This document shows positions 60,473 through 64,000 of a DNA stretch of 64,000 nt, piece by piece; the stretch's first letter is position 1, and the number at the start of each line of letters is the position of its first letter. This DNA comes from Ignavibacteriota bacterium (lineage in GTDB: Bacteria > Bacteroidota > Ignavibacteria > UBA10030 > CAVZMI01). The notes beneath the pieces were generated by a model. That model did no database searches. It was given only the letters and a program-made list of their open reading frames with translations, and had not been told where the DNA came from. The position numbers and the translations under genes are program-made. The stretch spans positions 6,933 through 70,932 of the forward strand of contig CAWIHK010000001.1 in NCBI GenBank assembly GCA_963835935.1, read 5' to 3'.

Positions 60473-62382
60473 ATCGATTCACCTCTGAGGCGTCGGATTC
60501 GTATTCGAGCGTCATCTGTAAAAAATGAAGAAGGGAATTGTTCCAGCAGTCGTTCATATGTCTGGATTGCTTCCTGCTTTTTGTCGGCATCGTGTTCGTA
60601 AATATCGCCGATCATGAAGAGAGCTTTGTCGGCGTAAATACTTTCTGCATATTCATGCAGAAGGCGTTCGCATGCTTGGATCGCATCCGGCCAATGTCCG
60701 ATGCGGCGGAACCATTCAGCTTTTCGAAGAAGCACGTCGTCGAAGAGCAGCGTGCTCTTGAATCTTTGAAGAATATCATCTAGAAGCGCAAGCGCTTCAG
60801 AATAATTTCGTTGTTCAGTAAGGAATTCAGCTTTGGCGTAAAGAATTAAAGCTTCGCGGTCCACCTTGATGTGTTGTTGTAAGAAAATTTGAAGTTCGAG
60901 TGCGTCGTTTGCCACATCGAATTTCGAAGCGGCCGCGAGAGGCTTCAGTTGCGCAAGGACGCTGTCGAATTCTCCTCTATAATATGAAATACGAATTGAT
61001 TTCATCGAAGCTAGCTGCCGTACGTCATCTACGAATCCGTTTTCCGGAGATAAAAGAATGCTGTAGAGTGAATCTGCTTTTTGGAGATCGCCGCGTGCTG
61101 TATAGACATCGCCTAAGAGAAATAAAACCGCCGGAGTATATCGAGCGGAAGAATATTCACTGAGAATTTTTTTCAAAAGGTCGATGGAGTTGTTCAATTC
61201 AAAAAAAGAATTGTAATATAACGATGCGGCTCGAATCAAACTCTGCAATCCGTAATCGGAGCCGGGATAATCTTCCGCAATTTTCTTATAAAGGGCGATA
61301 GCTTTTCTTAATTGGGAAGAATTTTGCTCGGCATTGTTTCCTGTTCGGCCGGATGTATCCGACCGGAGAGCTTGTTCTTCGATCGCATGGGCGCATCCGA
61401 ACCGTGCTTGCGGAATCAGCGTTGAATCTTCCGCGTGATCGATAAAAAATTGAAAGCTTCTTTGTGCGATCGAGTAGGCACGATCCTGCATCATTTGTTC
61501 TCCGAATGATAAAATCTCTTTTCCATTTGCTTTCACCAGGCCGTCGATATGTTGTTCAACGGCGAATGCATCGTCGTACCGTTTTGCTTCCAGCAGAATC
61601 CACCCGTAGATTTTTTGATAGTCGATGTCGGAAGAATTTTCCAAAGCCATTGCCGAACTCACCTTCAATGCCGCTTGCAATCCGTCGGGTTTTGATGTGT
61701 ATGAAGAAATTCGAATGCGAACATTATCCAGCATCGTGCCGTTTGACAATTTCAAGAGAGCTAAATATTCCCGGGTTGCATCTTCATATCTGAGGATAGC
61801 GGAATACAATCCGGCGATGTCCTGTGTGAAGTTGAGTTTATCTGTGCTTTGCTCGCGGCCTTTCTCCAGCATAGAAATTGCTTTTTCGTATTGCCGATTC
61901 CAGATTACAAAATGCGCGATGGCTCGATAAGCTCCTGCCGAATTACCTAACGTACGAATTCCTTCTTCCCAAATTTCAAATGCCTTCTTCTGATCGCCGG
62001 ATTTAAAATATGCATCGCCCAAATATCCGATAAGAGTAATATCTGTTCTATTTGTTTCCAGTTCGCGGTGCAAGATTGCGATCAATGAATCATATTGCTT
62101 CAATTGTGTGTAGCAGCGCCGGACCCCGTCAAAAAAAATTATATTAGTAGGCGTTGCATTGTACAGTTGCCGATAAAACCCGAGCGCTTTTTCATAATCA
62201 CCGGCATGCTCGAACGCGTTCGCCAGTTGATTCCAACGATTGAGTGAATCTCCGCGCAGTTGAAGATATTGATTCGCGTTGTTATTCCGATTGGTTTGTG
62301 CATAAACGAGACGTGAAAAAAGTAGGAGAACAATAAGAACCGGCAAGAACGGCAAAATGTTATTCAATCTTAATGAAACCAT
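60469..62382 (-). CDS. Secreted tetratricopeptide-repeat protein
   Basis: Signal peptide from Met at 62382; many TPRs. The longer track start overlaps dxr. Confidence 0.85.
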   Translation of the reverse strand: MVSLRLNNILPFLPVLIVLLLFSRLVYAQTNRNNNANQYLQLRGDSLNRWNQLANAFEHAGDYEKALGFYRQLYNATPTNIIFFDGVRRCYTQLKQYDSLIAILHRELETNRTDITLIGYLGDAYFKSGDQKKAFEIWEEGIRTLGNSAGAYRAIAHFVIWNRQYEKAISMLEKGREQSTDKLNFTQDIAGLYSAILRYEDATREYLALLKLSNGTMLDNVRIRISSYTSKPDGLQAALKVSSAMALENSSDIDYQKIYGWILLEAKRYDDAFAVEQHIDGLVKANGKEILSFGEQMMQDRAYSIAQRSFQFFIDHAEDSTLIPQARFGCAHAIEEQALRSDTSGRTGNNAEQNSSQLRKAIALYKKIAEDYPGSDYGLQSLIRAASLYYNSFFELNNSIDLLKKILSEYSSARYTPAVLFLLGDVYTARGDLQKADSLYSILLSPENGFVDDVRQLASMKSIRISYYRGEFDSVLAQLKPLAAASKFDVANDALELQIFLQQHIKVDREALILYAKAEFLTEQRNYSEALALLDDILQRFKSTLLFDDVLLRKAEWFRRIGHWPDAIQACERLLHEYAESIYADKALFMIGDIYEHDADKKQEAIQTYERLLEQFPSSFFTDDARIRIRRLRGESI

Positions 62383-62455
62383 ATTATAAATATATGTAAA
62401 AAATGTTCGATTTCCATTCCTTGATTCAGATTCTCCATTTCCGTACCTTGATATT

Positions 62456-63601
62456 ATGTTGAAGAATATCGCCATACTAGGTTCCACCGGCTCAATCGGC
62501 TGCAACAGCTTGGAAGTTATCGAAAATTTGCCTGACCGGTTTCGGGCCTCATACCTGACGACGAACAAAAACATAGATTTGTTAATTCAACAAATCCGGA
62601 AGTTCAAACCGGTTGCAGTTGTCGTTCTCGATAGAAGTGCGGGCGAAAAACTTCGGAGTATGGTGTTCGATAAGACCGAAGTATTAGTCGGTGAAGAAGG
62701 ATTGATCGAGATTGTCCAGCGAGATGATGTAGATATTGTTATCAACTCTCTCGTAGGTTTTGCAGGATTGCGTCCGACAATCGAGGCAATCCGAAAGCGA
62801 AAATCGATAGCGCTTGCAAACAAAGAAACGCTCGTCGTTGCGGGTGAAATAATTACTGGGTTGGTAGAAGAATTTAATGTATCGTTGGTACCGATCGACA
62901 GTGAACACAGCGCTATACTTCAATGTTTGAGAGGTGAGAATGCGGGAAGTGTTTCCCGTTTGATACTTACTGCTTCGGGCGGGCCTTTCAACACACGCAA
63001 GAAGGAAGAGTTTTCTTCGTTTACTGTCGCAGAAGCATTGAACCATCCGAATTGGAAAATGGGAAATAAAATTACGATTGATTCCGCCACGTTGATGAAT
63101 AAAGGTTTGGAGGTAATGGAAGCGCGGTGGCTTTTTAAACTACTGCCGGAAAAAATCAACGTTGTCATTCATCCTCAATCTATTATTCATTCGATGGTGG
63201 AATTTGTCGATGGTTCGATTAAAGCACAGCTTGGCATTCCGGATATGAAGATTCCGATTCAGTATGCACTCACGTATCCGGAACGGATGGCGTCGCCGTG
63301 GGCGAAGCTTGACTTCACAAAAATTCCGGAAATGACATTCTCTGCTCCCGATTTTGACAAGTTCGAATGTCTTGGACTCGCTTTCGAAGCAATGAACCGC
63401 GGCGGAAGCGCCCCGGCTGTAATCAATGCCGCAAATGAAGTTGCGGTGGATATGTTTTTAAAAAATAAAGTTCGCTTCAGCGAGATTCCACGCATGATAC
63501 GAACCGCGCTCGATCGATTGCGAATTGTCGATCATCCGGAGCTGCCGCATATCTTTGAAGCAGACCGCGCGACACGCGAATTATTAATTGGATATCAATA
63601 A
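62456..63601 (+). CDS. dxr: 1-deoxy-D-xylulose 5-phosphate reductoisomerase
   Basis: LGSTGSIG, LANKE, DSEHSA, TASGGPF, HPNWKMG, NKGLE. Confidence 0.98.
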   Translation: MLKNIAILGSTGSIGCNSLEVIENLPDRFRASYLTTNKNIDLLIQQIRKFKPVAVVVLDRSAGEKLRSMVFDKTEVLVGEEGLIEIVQRDDVDIVINSLVGFAGLRPTIEAIRKRKSIALANKETLVVAGEIITGLVEEFNVSLVPIDSEHSAILQCLRGENAGSVSRLILTASGGPFNTRKKEEFSSFTVAEALNHPNWKMGNKITIDSATLMNKGLEVMEARWLFKLLPEKINVVIHPQSIIHSMVEFVDGSIKAQLGIPDMKIPIQYALTYPERMASPWAKLDFTKIPEMTFSAPDFDKFECLGLAFEAMNRGGSAPAVINAANEVAVDMFLKNKVRFSEIPRMIRTALDRLRIVDHPELPHIFEADRATRELLIGYQ

Positions 63602-63664
63602 CAGATGTTACACAATTCGAAATTCTACATTCGAAATTCGAATTTCTCAATTGGGGGTTTTTGA

Positions 63665-64000
63665 ATGAATATATTGACCAACATTTTTTATTTTATCATC
63701 ACCTTCGGCATTCTGGTGCTGGTACACGAATTAGGACATTTCCTTGCCGCGAAGTTTTTCCACATGCGCGTAGATATTTTTTCGATCGGTTTCCCACCGC
63801 GAGCTTTCGGTAAAAAAATCGGAGAAACGGATTATTGTATTTCATGGATTCCGATAGGAGGCTTTGTTAAGATCGCCGGAATGATAGATGAAAGTTTTGA
63901 TACGGAATTCTTGAATCATGATCCGCAGCCGTGGGAATTTCGCTCAAAGCCGATGTGGCAGAGAGTTATTGTGATGGGCGCTGGAATTACAATGAATGTG
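63665..64000 (+). CDS. rseP: RIP metalloprotease RseP, 5' part (runs off the right edge)
   Basis: Hand translation: VLVHELGHF...FSIGF...[12 protein letters not shown]...AGITMN; follows dxr. Confidence 0.93.
   Translation, partial: MNILTNIFYFIITFGILVLVHELGHFLAAKFFHMRVDIFSIGFPPRAFGKKIGETDYCISWIPIGGFVKIAGMIDESFDTEFLNHDPQPWEFRSKPMWQRVIVMGAGITMNV

Noticed and set aside
62383-62574. Long N-terminus of the TPR ORF overlapping dxr
   Set aside because: It is antisense to dxr codons; a signal peptide begins at Met 62382.

Overview
Chromosomal segment of a probable Ignavibacteria/Bacteroidota-Chlorobiota-group bacterium (inferred from a QNYPNPFNP T9SS tail and GWxTD- and DUF5683-like proteins). It is mostly housekeeping (MacAB-type ABC operon, xerD, lysA, asd, glgP, eno, murA, M16 peptidases, parAB with a DnaA-box cluster, fluC, lutABC, dxr, rseP), with two accessory islands. 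The main signal is at 37.5-43.7 kb: an array of integron-type gene cassettes with no integrase in the window, one cassette carrying an R-X4-H (HEPN-like) protein. An IS1111-type IS110 element (38872-40274) is inserted in its second attC at a duplicated CCA core. The element's 3' region reads as a complete bridge/seek RNA. Four 7-8 nt segments match the two target arms and the two donor (circle-junction) arms, each pair flanking a hairpin. The target loop begins inside the transposase ORF, and one guide (GCCUAAC, complementary to the integron core GTTAGGC) includes the stop codon. The window also holds a REP-filled MITE with a 7-bp target duplication, a four-helix-bundle gene enclosed by inverted heptamer repeats, orphan repeat arrays, a class D beta-lactamase, an IS4 element and a frameshifted TonB-dependent receptor. 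All calls were made by eye; no searches or folding programs were run.
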